Positions 22,170 through 34,861 of a DNA stretch of 64,000 nucleotides are shown piece by piece. The notes below the pieces were generated by a model. It was not told the origin of the DNA. It worked only from the letters and a program-made list of their open reading frames with translations, and ran no database searches. Every line of letters begins with the position of its first letter. The stretch's first letter is position 1. Both the position numbers and the translations under genes were made by a program. Source of the stretch: Eledone cirrhosa (Eukaryota); contig OZ024740.1 of assembly GCA_964016885.1 (NCBI GenBank), positions 421,848,001 to 421,912,000 of the forward strand. The letters run 5' to 3'.

Positions 22170-23800
22170 AGCATAGTAAGTTATCTTCTTCATGTCACCC
22201 TATGTTTTCCTAGGTCTTCCTCTACCATAGGTTCCATCAATTTTGAGAGCCCTGCATTCCTTTATGCAGCTGTCATCCTATATATGCATCACATGCCTAT
22301 ACAACTACAGTTTTCTCTTTTGTACACTGCATTCAATTCCTCTTATGCCCAGTTTTTAATGTTTGATCGTTCAAGTACACTACAGTTACACACATAGCAT
22401 GCTCATACCAGCCCAAATGCCTCTCTTCCACATCATTTTATTAAATTATTTTTATATTCAAATCACTTAGGTTGTCATTCATGCACACAACCATTACGCA
22501 CCCAACAAAACATTCATGCCTCATTTCACCTTAGCCGCTACAAATCTTCTGCACTCAAGGATGACATCATATACAAGGTCGGCTGAAAAGTTCATAGGCT
22601 GACTATGAAGGAGTAATGCTAGAGCTGTGAAATCTTGTATGCATTAATTTCGACTCTTATTAATAATTTCAGTTTCTTTCCAGGGACTAGGTTGAAAAAT
22701 AAACCTTATTTGGTCAGTCCATGAGAGTATCTTGGTCAGCCTGTGAAGGAGTGATGTTAGAGCTGTGAAATCTTGCATGCATTAATTTAAACTCTTCTTA
22801 TTAATAACTGCACGGTTTCTTTCCAGGGACTATGTTGAAAAATAAATCACATTTGATCATTCCATGAGAGTATCTTGGTCAGCCTATGAACTTTGACTCA
22901 CGTAATTTGCCCCTCACTCTTAAAGAGAAGCCTTTTGTTGCTTCTTCTACATTTTTCTCACTCTTGCTACAACACTTTCGGTACATTCACCTCCATTGCT
23001 AATGAGGTCACCAAGATTGCTTTCTACAACTTCCAGTGAGTCTTCTGAAAATTTGAGAGGGTTTATTTCAAGAGTATCCCTTACTGATGACTACAGCTGT
23101 GTACCTATCACATAGCAAGTCTACTTTCACCATCAGCCTACCTGTGATTCCACATATCTTCTATGTCCACTGTCGACACTGAGTACATCATATGGAATTC
23201 CTATCTACTCCTTTTTTCTAGATTGAGCTCAGCCATTTCCCTGGTGGTAGCAGAATATTTTCTTTTTCCTACTTACTAAAACTTTAGTTTTTGCTACGTT
23301 TACTTTGAGGCCCTTTCATTTCAGATTTTGGTTCCATATCTGGGACTTCTAGCTCTTCTATTGTTTTGGCTATGAGAGCTAGATGAAGAGCATAAAGGAT
23401 CTCCCATGGACAAGTAGTCTGGAATTCCTCTGTAATGGCCTAGGGATCTATAATGAACAGGAGGAGGAGGAGGGATTGAAGACTCAGTCTTAGTGGATTC
23501 CCACTTGCACACTAACTCCATTGCTGTACTTGCTACCAACTCATACCATGATGGTTGTGCTTCTGTACATGGCTTGTTCAGCCCTCCATTCGTCTATCCC
23601 TAGCTTCCTAGGCAATCATCTAATTACAGAGTGTGGGATTCTGTCAAAAGCCTTTTCTAGGTCAACAAATGCTAAGTATAGTGGCTTATTCTTATCTAGG
23701 TACTTCTACAACCACCTGACTAAAAAGATAGCATCAGTGGTGTGTCTCGTGTGTATAAGCCAAACTACATTTCAAAATTAATTGTCCCGAATCAATTGTG
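22170..23800 (-). mobile_element. Old degenerate RTE LINE (interrupted by an insertion at about 22400-22900)
   Basis: Similarity to the RTE RT, PHD and CTD coding sequence on both sides of the insertion (AAAAGCCTTTTCTAGGTCAACAAA encodes FVDLEKAF). Confidence 0.7.
22571..22904. mobile_element. Tc1/mariner-like MITE with internal ~140-bp tandem duplication
   Basis: Perfect 17-bp inverted repeat AAAGTTCATAGGCTGAC (22587-22603) / GTCAGCCTATGAACTTT (22878-22894); TA at the ends. Confidence 0.6.
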
Positions 23801-24384
23801 CTACAATACCAGTCAGTTCAACTAAGAGGTAAAAAACTACACCAAAGGGTTGAGAGGACTCATCAGTTGTGTCAACATCATGACAACCTCTCTAATGCTG
23901 GTGCTAAAATATGCACTCAGAGCACTCTGTAGTAAGAAAGAAAGTGCAGGAACATATGTGAGATGCAGATCTGAGAGGTGAGTAGCTTCCATTAAGCAGT
24001 AACTTGCTAGCAGGGAAAATAAATGTTAAATAATGATGGAAATGATGTAACTAGTCTGTGTTCTACTCCACCTTATAACTTAATTATCTCAGCAACAATC
24101 CTTAATGAGCCAGCTAATTTATTAGTTAATATTTCATTTAAAACATTAAAAAACAAATAACATTAGTCGGAGAAATTCCAGCCATATTTCTTTTTATATA
24201 TATATTAGTATATCTCAATGAAATTTTGATTGTGTCAATTGAAAATGGTACCAAACATTATTTATTTATTCTCTTACCGGTTTCAGTCATTAGACCCTAG
24301 CCATGCTGGAGCACCACCATGACTTTATTTGAGCATTCTTAAGGGTGGGACACATTTTTTTAATCTTTTTTTTGTCAAACCATT

Positions 24385-25445
24385 ATTTTAAATATAACAC
24401 AGATATAAACATAAAAGATATAACTATAACATAAACACAAACAACACTGACCTAAATATATAAACATAACAGACATCAAGATGACATAAACATAACAGGC
24501 AGAACCACAACAGACATAAATATAACAAACATAAGCATAACACAAATATAACACAGATATAAACATAAACCCAACACAGGCATAAACATAACATAAATAT
24601 AACACAAACAATCATAACATAACACAAACAACCATAATATAACACAAACAACCATAATATAACACAAACAACCATAACATAACACAAACAACCATAATAT
24701 AACACAAACAAACATAATATAACACAAACAACCATAACATAACACAAACAACCATAATATAACACAAACAAACATAATATAACACAAACAAACATAATAT
24801 AACACAAACAACCATAATATAACACAAACAACCATAACATAACACAAACAACCATAATATAACACAAACAACCATAATATAACACAAACAACCATAACAT
24901 AACACAAACAACCATAATATAACACAAACAAACATAATATAACACAAACAAACATAATATAACACAAACAAACATAAACATAACACAAACAACTATAAAA
25001 ATAACACAAACAACCATAACATAACACAAACAACCATAATATAACACAATCAACCATAACATAACACAAACATAATATAACATAACACAAACAACCATAA
25101 TATAACGCAAACAAACATAACATAACACAAACAACCATAATATAACACAAACAAACATAACATAACATAACACAAACAACCATAATATAACACAAACAAC
25201 CATAATATAACGCAAACAAACATAACATAACATAACACAAACAACCATAATATAACATAACACAAACAACCATAATATAACACAAACAACCATAACATAG
25301 CACAAACACAAACATAACATAACACAAATATAATACAGATATAAACATAAACATAACATAAATATAAACATACCACATAAACATAAATATAAATATAACA
25401 GAGACAAATAATATATACACCATCATAAACATAGCACACAAACAC
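24385..25445. repeat. A/C-rich minisatellite, core 20-bp unit AACACAAACAACCATAATAT with degenerate flanks
   Basis: Direct reading; almost no G on the + strand. Confidence 0.93.
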
Positions 25446-25624
25446 AGACACACTCATGTTGGCTGTTATTTCTAGCAGGCTGAATCAGACATTATCTGTT
25501 GCTCTCCTATATGAAGGTATCCAGTGTGAGATTTGTGCATGTGAGGATGTCTGACTGTTATTTCTAGCATATCAAATATATCGTTATGTTGTCCTCTGTG
25601 TTAGAGCATTAACTGTGACATTAT

Positions 25625-25957
25625 GGAGGTACATGGTTTAGTGGTTAGAGCATTGGCCTTGCAATCGAAAGGTTGCGAGTTCAATTCTCAGACCGGGTGA
25701 TGTGTTGTTTCCTTGAGCAAGACACTTTATTTCACATTGCTCCAGTTTACTCAGCTGTAGAAATGAGATGATAGGACTGAGGTCCATATCATTCCACTGC
25801 AAAGTGGTCGTGGAGGTGCCACGGCAAAAAAGCACCCAGCACTCACAGTAAATGAGGTTGATGTTAGGAAGGGCATCCAGCTGTAGAAATCAAGCCAGAA
25901 TCAGTGCACGTCCCACCCTTGCAAGCAGGGAAAAGCAGACGTAAAATGATGATGATG
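25625..25957 (+). mobile_element. Full-length tRNA/CORE SINE with RTE-derived tail
   Basis: A box TGGTTTAGTGG, B box GAGTTCAATTC, CORE-like CCTTGAGCAAGACACTT, then RTE 3' sequence and a (GAT)n tail. Confidence 0.88.
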
Positions 25958-26877
25958 TGTCTACACATGTACAAATGTCTCAATAATGGCTGTCTGTAAC
26001 ACCAGTTTTTCTATTGATTTATATAATAAAAATACAATCTTTAATAGCAGTAGTTGTAGTACATTAAATTTAGTGCAAATTCATCACCATCATCACTGTT
26101 TAACGTCCATTCTCTAGCATGGGTTAGACAAGTTGTCCTGTTGTGAGTCAAGTCAGATCATATGACCATACAGAACTGTTTCTGGCTTGGTTTCTATGGC
26201 TGGACGCCCTTCCTAATGCTAACCACATTTACAGCAAAGTATTTTATTCAAAAGTGCATGTGTTAAAGACTTCATAAATCAAAACATTTGTCATGTAGAA
26301 TAAACTGTTTTAGGTTGAAACAAGTTACATACAAACATACAGAGAATTTTAGTACTGCACAGATATATCGGCAATATTTGGTATTTAAGAATCAACATAA
26401 TTGAATGTTGTTTGTATCAAAGAGAAGAAATTAATAAAATATGTCATATTTTGTTATATATAATAATAACATTATTATTAGAACTGAGCTCTCACTATTG
26501 TTAAAATATATACCCCACCCCCCTCCTCCTCCTCGAATCATCACCATTATCTTTTCCCAGCTTGAATAATAGAGTGATAATTCCCATGCTGTGAAGTTGT
26601 TTGCTAAACAAATATTCTTCCGTTTGTTGACACAATACCAAGTTTGAAAACAAGAATAAATGATTCAAAGGAAATAAGTCCAGAGAAATTTGATACGTAA
26701 ATAACACCAATATAATTTTACTGCTATATAAATATTCATGTTAACTCTTTAATTTTGTGAGAAACTGAATATTAGAGTGAAATGTGTGGCAGATTGAGTC
26801 TCAGTGACTTCATGATATAAACTGACAAAAGAATTTATATAGACATGGTTGTACTCTGGGTTAGTATTAACCTTGGG

Positions 26878-27140
26878 ATTGTATTATACAAAAGAATGTA
26901 CTCTGGTGTTGTATTATACAAGAGGTTGTACTCTGATGTTATATTATACAAGAGGTTGTACTCTGGTGTTGTATTATACAAGAGGATGTATTCTGAATTA
27001 GTATTATACAAATGAATGTACTCTGGTGTTGTATTATACAAGAGGTTGTACTCTGGTGTTGTATCATACAAGAGGATGTACTCTGGATTAGTATTATACA
27101 AAAGAAGGTACTCTGGTGTTGTATTATATAAAAGGATGTT
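26878..27140. repeat. Minisatellite, 30-bp unit GTATTATACAAGAGGTTGTACTCTGGTGTT, about 9 copies
   Basis: Direct reading. Confidence 0.92.
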
Positions 27141-27402
27141 ATTCATTTCACTTTATTTAACTTCAGAAACAGGAGGTGCTCATATTATATTATATTCAAC
27201 TCATACACATAGAAATGCAGTATCATCATCATCATTTAACGCCTTTGTTTGGCAAGCTTTCTATGGCTAGATGTCCTTCCTATCACCAACCACTTTACAG
27301 CATGTACTGGGTGTGATTCTTCTGCAGACTGATACATACCCACATACACACACGCACATATATAGATATATACCGTTGACATCTCCATGCAGCCCCACAG
27401 TC

Positions 27403-28157
27403 GACACTAATGTGGTTATGTTGGTGCCACAACAAAAAGCTCCCAGTCCACACTGTGATGTGGTTATGTTGGTGCCATAACAAAAAGCTCCCAGTCCACA
27501 CTGTGATGTGGTTATGTTGGTGCCACAACAAAAAGCTCCCAGTCCACACTGTAATGTGGTTATGTTGGTGCCACAACAAAAAGCACCCAGTCCACACTGT
27601 GATGTGGTTATGTTGGTGCCACAACAAAAAGCTCCTAGTCCACACTGTAATGTGGTTATGTTGGTGCCACAACAAAAAGCACCCAGTCCACACTGTGATG
27701 TGGTTATGTTGGTGCCACAACAAAAAGCACCCAGTCCACACTGTGATGTGGTTATGTTGGTGCCATGACAAAAAGCTCCCAGTCCACACTGTAATGTGGT
27801 TATGTTGGTGCCACAACAAAAAGCTCCCAGTCCACACTGTGATGTGGTTATGTTGGTGCCATGACAAAAAGCTCCCAGTCTACACTGTAATGTGGTTATG
27901 TTGGTGCCACAACAAAAAGCTCCCAGTCCACACTGTGATGTGGTTATATTGGTGCCACAACAAAAAGCTCCCAGTCCACACTGTGATGTGGTTATGTTGG
28001 TACCATGACAAAAAGCTCCCAGTCCACACTGTGATGTGGTTATGTTGGTGCCATGACAAAAAGCTCCCAGTCCACACTGTGATGTGGTTATGTTGGTGTC
28101 ACAACATAAAGCTCCCAGTCCACACTGTAATGTGATCATTGTGGTGCCATGACAAAA
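27403..28157. repeat. Minisatellite, 48-bp unit TGTGGTTATGTTGGTGCCACAACAAAAAGCTCCCAGTCCACACTGTGA, about 15-16 copies
   Basis: Direct reading; the unit resembles the internal repeat of the RTE 3' UTR. Confidence 0.95.
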
Positions 28158-28437
28158 GACGTTTTTATTGTAGCATCAAAACAACCACTTTAAAGTGAGG
28201 ACTTTTTGTTGACACAACCAGGTGAGTTTGACATTAATCAGGTGTGTGGGACAGTTTACAGGTGTGAGCAGAGTATTAAGGCAGGTGTGGGGGGCTTGCT
28301 GCAGGATAATGTGTCATCAACATGTTTGTTTTGTTTCATTCTTTAAATCCATCAGCCAATAACCTCCACCTATCCCAATCACCACCCTCCCCTACCACCA
28401 GAAAATGTATAAATACCACCATATCACACCGACAGAC

Positions 28438-28489
28438 GGCTTTCCTGATGATTACTTCCAAATAAAACAGTTCTAGTCCCGTAGAAGCC
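28438..28489 (+). ncRNA. Minimal type I hammerhead-ribozyme-like motif (degenerate)
   Basis: GGCTTTC-CTGATGA-short stem II-(A)AAAC-stem III around CTAG-GTA-GAAGCC; the core G12 is mutated in this copy. Confidence 0.4.
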
Positions 28490-28594
28490 ATTTCTATATT
28501 AAATATTTATACTCTGCTATGTATTGAGTACCTTTCTTACTGTGGTTACCCCCGATTGAATCCGGGATAAACATATATATATAAATGTATATAT

Positions 28595-29630
28595 CATCAT
28601 CATCATCATCACCGTTTTACGTCCGTTCTTCCACGCTAGCATGGGTTAGACGGTTTGTCCTGTTGTGGGCAGTGTCTGGTCGGCTGGCCATGCCTTGCTC
28701 ATACAGGAACTGATTTGGCTTGATTTCTACAGCTGGATGCCCTTCCTAACACCAACCTCATTTACAGTGAGTGCTGGGTGCTTTTTCGTGGCGCCTACAC
28801 GTCCACTTTACAGTGTGGGCTGGGTGCTTTTTTGCCGTGGAACATCCACGACCACCTTGCAGTGGGGTGTGTGGGGGCATATTGTCTATATGCTTCAGCT
28901 TGTACCCATGGCAAGTCGGGTACTCTGTATTACTGCGTGACGCCAGAGGTCACGGCCGTATGTCATCGCCTTTGAGAGGTGTAATTGGGTAAGGTCGGCT
29001 TTTATCACCTCATCCCAGGTCATCTTGGGTCTCCCCACTCCGCGGTTTCCATCGACTTCTAGTGCTCTGCACCTTTTTATGCAGCTGTCATCCTTTATAC
29101 GCATCACATGTCCATACCAACGCAACCGCCTCTCCTGCACACAGCATTTGATTCCTCTTATGCTCAGTCTCTCTCTCAATTCATTTATGCTTTGTCGTTC
29201 ACGTATATTACTATTACACATCCATCGGAGCATGCAGGCTTCGTTTCTCTCTAATCTACGTAAGTCTTCCACCTTCAGCGCCCAGGTCTCACTACCATGC
29301 AACATCGCTGTTCGGATACACGCATCATACAGTCTGTCTTTCATTTTGAGGGAGAAGCCTTTTGCAGCTAGCAGTGGTAGTAGTTCCCTAAACTTCTTCC
29401 ATCCCGTTCTTACCCTAGTTATTGTACTTTCTGAACACCCACCTCCGCTGCTAATTCGGTCACCTCGGTAGCAGAAGCTGTCTACTGTTTCTACAGAGCC
29501 CTCCCAGAGATTGGTGGTACTTGTTTCCTGTGGCTGTTTGCTGCTTGCTGTCCCAGCACAGCTGCTACATGTGAAGCCTACATTCTTAATTAAGCTTCCT
29601 GAGATCCCGCTACATCTCTTGTGTACCCAT
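28595..29630 (-). mobile_element. 5'-truncated RTE LINE, same subfamily as 17322-18799, inserted in (AT)n
   Basis: High identity to 17322-18357; RLRWYGHV and GRPKMTW motifs; (CAT)n at the left end; TA runs on both sides. Confidence 0.93.
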
Positions 29631-29716
29631 ATATATATATATATATATATTAGAAAGTGAGGTTTTTTTTACAAAATGAAAAATAACCGAGGTGTCCTAC
29701 GCGAGTGAAAGTATAA

Positions 29717-29824
29717 AGAAAAAGAGATGAAATCGAAAATGCAACTGGAGTCTTATTTTTTAAAAAAATATATATATTTTAAAAAAAAATAAGACTCCAG
29801 TTGCATTTTCGATTTCATCTCTTT

Positions 29825-29828
<4 letters not shown>
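29717..29828. repeat. Perfect inverted repeat, ~44-bp arms with an A/T spacer
   Basis: AGAAAAAGAGATGAAATCGAAAATGCAACTGGAGTCTTATTTTT and its reverse complement. Confidence 0.9.
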
Positions 29829-29880
<52 letters not shown>

Positions 29881-31364
29881 GTGTGTGTATATGTATATAT
29901 ACACCCACATGTATATGATTGTGTGTTAGAATATGAGAGAGAGAGTATAAAAACTTACAGTTTGTATTCTCTTGTTGAATGGAGGCTGACTTGCAGTTCC
30001 TCTTTGTTACAATTGCTGAAACCATAAGACAAATTTATGTATTAAGAAATATCTCAAATACATATGATTAAATACCAGATTCTTCCATATCTGAGATATA
30101 TGATATGATAAAACTAATACTAGATTCTTACACATAAAAAAATTGATACAAATGAAATGAGATTATTTTCATTGATTGCTTGTGCATCTATATATATATG
30201 TGTATGCATGCTTGTCATCATCATCATCATTGTTTAACGTCTATCTTCCATGCTAGCATGGGTATATAAATATACACATTGTCTGCATCTCTCTCTCTAT
30301 ATATGTGTGTGTGTATATATGTTTCTATCTATATAAATATACACATTATTGAAATTGTTATGGAGACCCCTATGAAATCCAAGTGGGCTTGAAGGAGTGA
30401 AAACAGAAATAAAATGAAACAACAGTTAAATACGCTTATCTTAAATTTAAATGCTAATATTTCAGGGTTAAAATCCCTTTTTCAAAAAAAAAAAAAAAAA
30501 TTGCATGTGATGGTGGTAGAGAGTTGAACTCCTATACACAGATATTTAGGGATAGTGTGTGGTAACATATGCAGATAGGTTTAGTTACAATAGCCAATCA
30601 GCTTCATGCAATTTGAGTTCCCAAGTACCTGTCCAAAAGAGTCAGCTCTCTGCTGCCATCACATCCCACTTTTTTTCTTTTTAATGGGATTTAACCCCCA
30701 AATATCAACAAAATATGAAGTAAAAAGAAGAAATTATCTTTTAGTTTTGTTAAACTTTCTTCCATTTCATTCCTTTATTTCTAACATGCATTGTATTAGT
30801 TTTTCTAGAATAATTTCAACTACATATCTCACAATGCCTCATATATAATATGTACATATTTATATACACACACACCTTAGGCGTCCTCTCATTCACATTC
30901 CTGACTCCTCTCCATTCAACCCATGCCAGAATAGTAAAACAGATGTACCTCACCGTACTTCCAGATTTCATTCTCTCTCTCCAACACCACCGTCACAACC
31001 CAACACTTACTCCCGACTCACACGACCAAATTTATCCTTGTATTCCCCACTCCTTACCCAATAATGCCAGCATGGAAAGCAGGGATCACTTCACAATACT
31101 GTCACATGTCACTCACTTCTCTTAAAGTCACCTCCCTACAGGTGGCCCTCATCCTCTTAATTCCCTATCACTGCCCTCCTAGCTGGACTGAGGACACAAA
31201 CACCTGGAAAGTGGAAGTGCTACTGACCTGATAAACTGCACACAGCTCACTCTGCAAAGTGGATGTTACTGGTACAATGAAAAAATGCACCCAGCCCACA
31301 CTGTAATGTAGTGGTGCTGGCGCCACAAAAAAGCACCCAGTTTACACTGTCAGGTGGTATTGTT

Positions 31365-31401
31365 CATATAAGTGAGTACACAGATGTGAATGGGTGTATA
31401 A

Positions 31402-31434
<33 letters not shown>

Positions 31435-32051
31435 CAGACAGATATGAGTGAGTACACAGATGTTAATGAGTGTATGCACGCGCGCACACACACATATATA
31501 TAGAGATTTATGAGTGAGTACACAGATGTGAATGGGTGTATAAACACACACACATATGTATATATAGACAGATTTATGAGTGAGTACACAGATGTGAATG
31601 GGTGTATAAACACACACACATATGTATATATAGACAGATTTATGAGTGAGTACACAGATGTGAATGGGTGTATAAACACACACACATATGTATATATAGA
31701 CAGATTTATGAGTGAGTACACAGATGTGAATGGGTGTATAAACACACACACATATGTATATATAGACAGATTTATGAGTGAGTACACAGATGTGAATGGG
31801 TGTATAAACACACACACATATGTATATATAGACAGATTTATGAGTGAGTACACAGATGTGAATGGGTGCATAAACACACACATATATAGACAGATATGAG
31901 TGAGTACACAGATGTGAATGGGTGTACACACACACACACACACATATATAGACAGATTTATGAGTGAGTACACAGATGTGAATGGGTGTACACACACACA
32001 CACACATATATAGACAGATATATGAGTGAGTACACAGATGTTAATGGGTGT

Positions 32052-32084
<33 letters not shown>

Positions 32085-32132
32085 GACAGATATATGAGTG
32101 AGTACACAGATGTTAATGGGTGTATACACGCG

Positions 32133-32164
<32 letters not shown>

Positions 32165-32275
32165 GACAAATTTATGAGTGAGTACACAGATGTTAATGGG
32201 TGTATAAACACACATATATATATTCTTCATGAGTGACTACACAGATGTGAATGGCTGTATACACACATATATATA
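31365..32275. repeat. Minisatellite, ~66-bp unit with internal CA/TA microsatellites
   Basis: GAGTGAGTACACAGATGTGAATGGGTGTATAAACACACACACATATGTATATATAGACAGATTTAT repeated about 14 times. Confidence 0.93.
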
Positions 32276-33574
32276 CTGTTTATTCACTTATGTACTATTC
32301 TGTTCCTGTTTCTGATCCATACACCTACCATGTTGTCATATATTGTTTTACATGTATCTCTGACAGAGGATGGGGATATTATTTCCTCTATCTTCTGACT
32401 GGGACAGACTGTTGGTACCATCTGTAATTTAGTTGAAATCGGTGTCCATTCCAGTTTGGTGGCTGATGAGTGAAGATGTTATCTTTGTTTTCTATCATAT
32501 TTGTTTGGATCTCCATTCTTTTGTACAAATATTTTGGCAATCATCATTGTCATTTAACATCCACTTTCCCTGCTAGCAAGGGTTGGACAGGTCTATATAG
32601 ACCAAGTCCATACTGAAGCAGAGCCACTGATCTCCCAACAAGCCAGGGATCTGTCTCGTTTATGTAGTCTCACATTCCATAGAATGCTCAGGCGAGGTTG
32701 TCGTGCCTTTAACACAACTGAGGGTCCTCCCAACCCTTTGTTTGGCAAGATTTCTATGACTGGATGTCCTTCTTATCACATACCACTTTACAGTGTGTAC
32801 CAACCATATTAGCATTCAACATCTTACATGTGCTTTCATCTACTGAGGCTAGACAGGTCAGCTCATATGTTCTGTTTTTGACTTAGTTTCTATGACTAGA
32901 TACCCTTCCTAACATCAACCATGTTACAGTGTGTACTAAGAGCATTTTATCATGGCTCCAACACTACCTTATAGGGTGAACTGGGGCACCAGTATTACTT
33001 CCTAACAGTGCAGACAGGGTGGGCTAGGTGCTTTATACCATGCCACCAACACTGCCGCACTACAACACTAGGGTGCTTGCTGTGTCCTTGCCCAGACTTT
33101 GAAGGCATTGATGGGAGCGGAGGGTGTGAATTGAGAGAAGTGTCAGGCTATATGCTGTTCACTGAGGGAGAGAGAGAATCATCCAACTGCGACAGTAGAA
33201 ACATTAGTCACGGCAGTGGGCTTGGTGCAAGTGGGTAGTGTCTGGTATTATATTGTGGGATGTGTATGACTTTCCATGTTGGGATAGGATGGAGAAGATG
33301 ATTTGGTGAAGTAGGTGTAAGGAGGAAGAGGGTTTATCCTGACTTTCCATGCTGGCATATAACATGATGAAGGGTGTGAGTGGGGAGGGAGGACAAAGAT
33401 GGGGACTAAGTGAGAAATGGGCTGAGAAAATCGAGAGAATACTGGCAGACATATTTAAATATTGTTCCACCTCTCTGCATCTTCAGAATTAAGGTGGGGG
33501 TAGGTGAATGGGGGTGAGGGAGCATCCTGGCAGGAAGGGACCAACCTCTCTGTTTGTTTCATCCTGCTTGGGGT

Positions 33575-34115
33575 GAGTTTTCTGCAGTATGGCATGTTAC
33601 CAGTCAACTTGACCCTGGGTCATCTCCTGAGTTTTCTGCAGTATGGCATGTTACCAGTCAACTTAACTCTAGGCCATCTCCTGAGTTTTCTGCAGTATGA
33701 CATGTTACCAGTCAACTTGACTCTAGGTCATCTCCTGAGTCTTCTGCAGTATGGCATGTTACCAGTCAACTTGACTCTAGGTCATCTCCTGAGTCTTCTG
33801 CAGTATGACATGTTACCAGTCAACTTGACTCTAGGTCATCTCCTGAGTCTTCTGCAGTATGGCATGTTACCAGTCAACTTGACTCTAGGTCATCTCCTGA
33901 GTCTTCTGCAGTATGACATGTTACCAGTCAACTTGACTCTAGGTCATCTCCTGGGTCTCCTGCAGTATGCTATGTTAACAATCAACTCAAGCCCAGGTCA
34001 TCTCCCACGTTTTCTGCAGTATATCACGTTACCAGTCAACTTGAGCCTGGGTCATCTCCTGAGTCTTCTGCAGTATGACATGTTACCAGTCAACTTAACC
34101 CTGGGTCATCTCCTT
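33575..34115. repeat. Minisatellite, 54-bp unit, about 10 copies, at the 3' end of a decayed RTE
   Basis: GAGTCTTCTGCAGTATGGCATGTTACCAGTCAACTTGACTCTAGGTCATCTCCT repeated. Confidence 0.93.
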
Positions 34116-34722
34116 CATGAGATCAACCTTTACAACATTATCCATAGTTTTCCTAATTTTTCCCTTTTCCATACATTTCATCCACTTCAAGCACATTTCT
34201 TTCTGCAATTATCATCCTCCATACACATTACATGTCACTACAAACACAGTCACCTCTCCTGCACATTGTATCCGATCCCTCTGATACCCAGTTTTTCTCT
34301 CAGCTTGTTGATGTTTCTTTTTCATGTACACTACTATGACACACTCACCTCATTTCTTTCCAATCTTCCTAAGTCCTCAACACACAAAACCCCAGTATCA
34401 CTTCTGTACAAGTATCATACCATCTACTCTTCACTCTGAGGCCCTTGTAGCAAGCAGTGGTAGTAGCTCCCTGAACTATTTCCAACCAGCCCTCACTATG
34501 GCTACTATACTTTCAGAACACCCACAGTTATAGAAGTTATCAACTACCTCTATGGAGCCATCTAAGCATGTAATATAACTTTGTTTCATGTGAGGTCTTG
34601 CAACTCACTGTTCCTGTGCATTTTCCACATACAACGCCTACATTTTTGCTAGCTTGCTTGAGATCCCACTACATCTTATGTACTGTAGTTTGCACATAGA
34701 TGGAATTTCTACCACCTTTTAC
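34116..34722 (-). mobile_element. Degenerate RTE ORF2 C-terminal fragment
   Basis: Similar to 17710-18400 (GCAAGCAGTGGTAGTAGCTCCCTGAAC, GAGATCCCACTACATCT). Confidence 0.75.
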
Positions 34723-34750
34723 ATATATATATTTTATATATATATATATA

Positions 34751-34861
34751 TATAAATGACTTCTACAGAACCAGAACTATTTCATTCCTATGAAATCATC
34801 AGGATTCCTGATGATTTCATATGAATGAAACGGTTCTAGTCCTGTAGAAGTAATTTCTATA
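34751..34861. repeat. Long imperfect palindrome made of two head-to-head hammerhead-like cores, flanked by (TA)n
   Basis: Centre ATCATCAGGA-T-TCCTGATGAT; each arm reads CTGATGA...GAAA...GTAGAAG on its own strand. Confidence 0.8.

Noticed and set aside
24375-25457. Cys/Tyr/Val-rich hydrophobic ORFs (also 31342-32230 and 38553-38915)
   Set aside because: Translations of low-complexity mini- and microsatellites.
25625-25700. Functional tRNA genes at SINE heads (also 1839, 37583, 39930 and 44192)
   Set aside because: A and B boxes are present, but they are followed by CORE and tail sequence and lack a proper acceptor stem; these are SINEs.
27403-28157. CRISPR-like array (also considered for the 36-, 39- and 46-bp repeats)
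   Set aside because: Units are contiguous with no unique spacers, no cas genes are present, and the context is eukaryotic.
33504-34439. 311-aa ORF with 18-aa leucine-rich repeats
   Set aside because: Antisense reading of the RTE-derived 54-bp minisatellite and adjacent RTE relic; GTG start.
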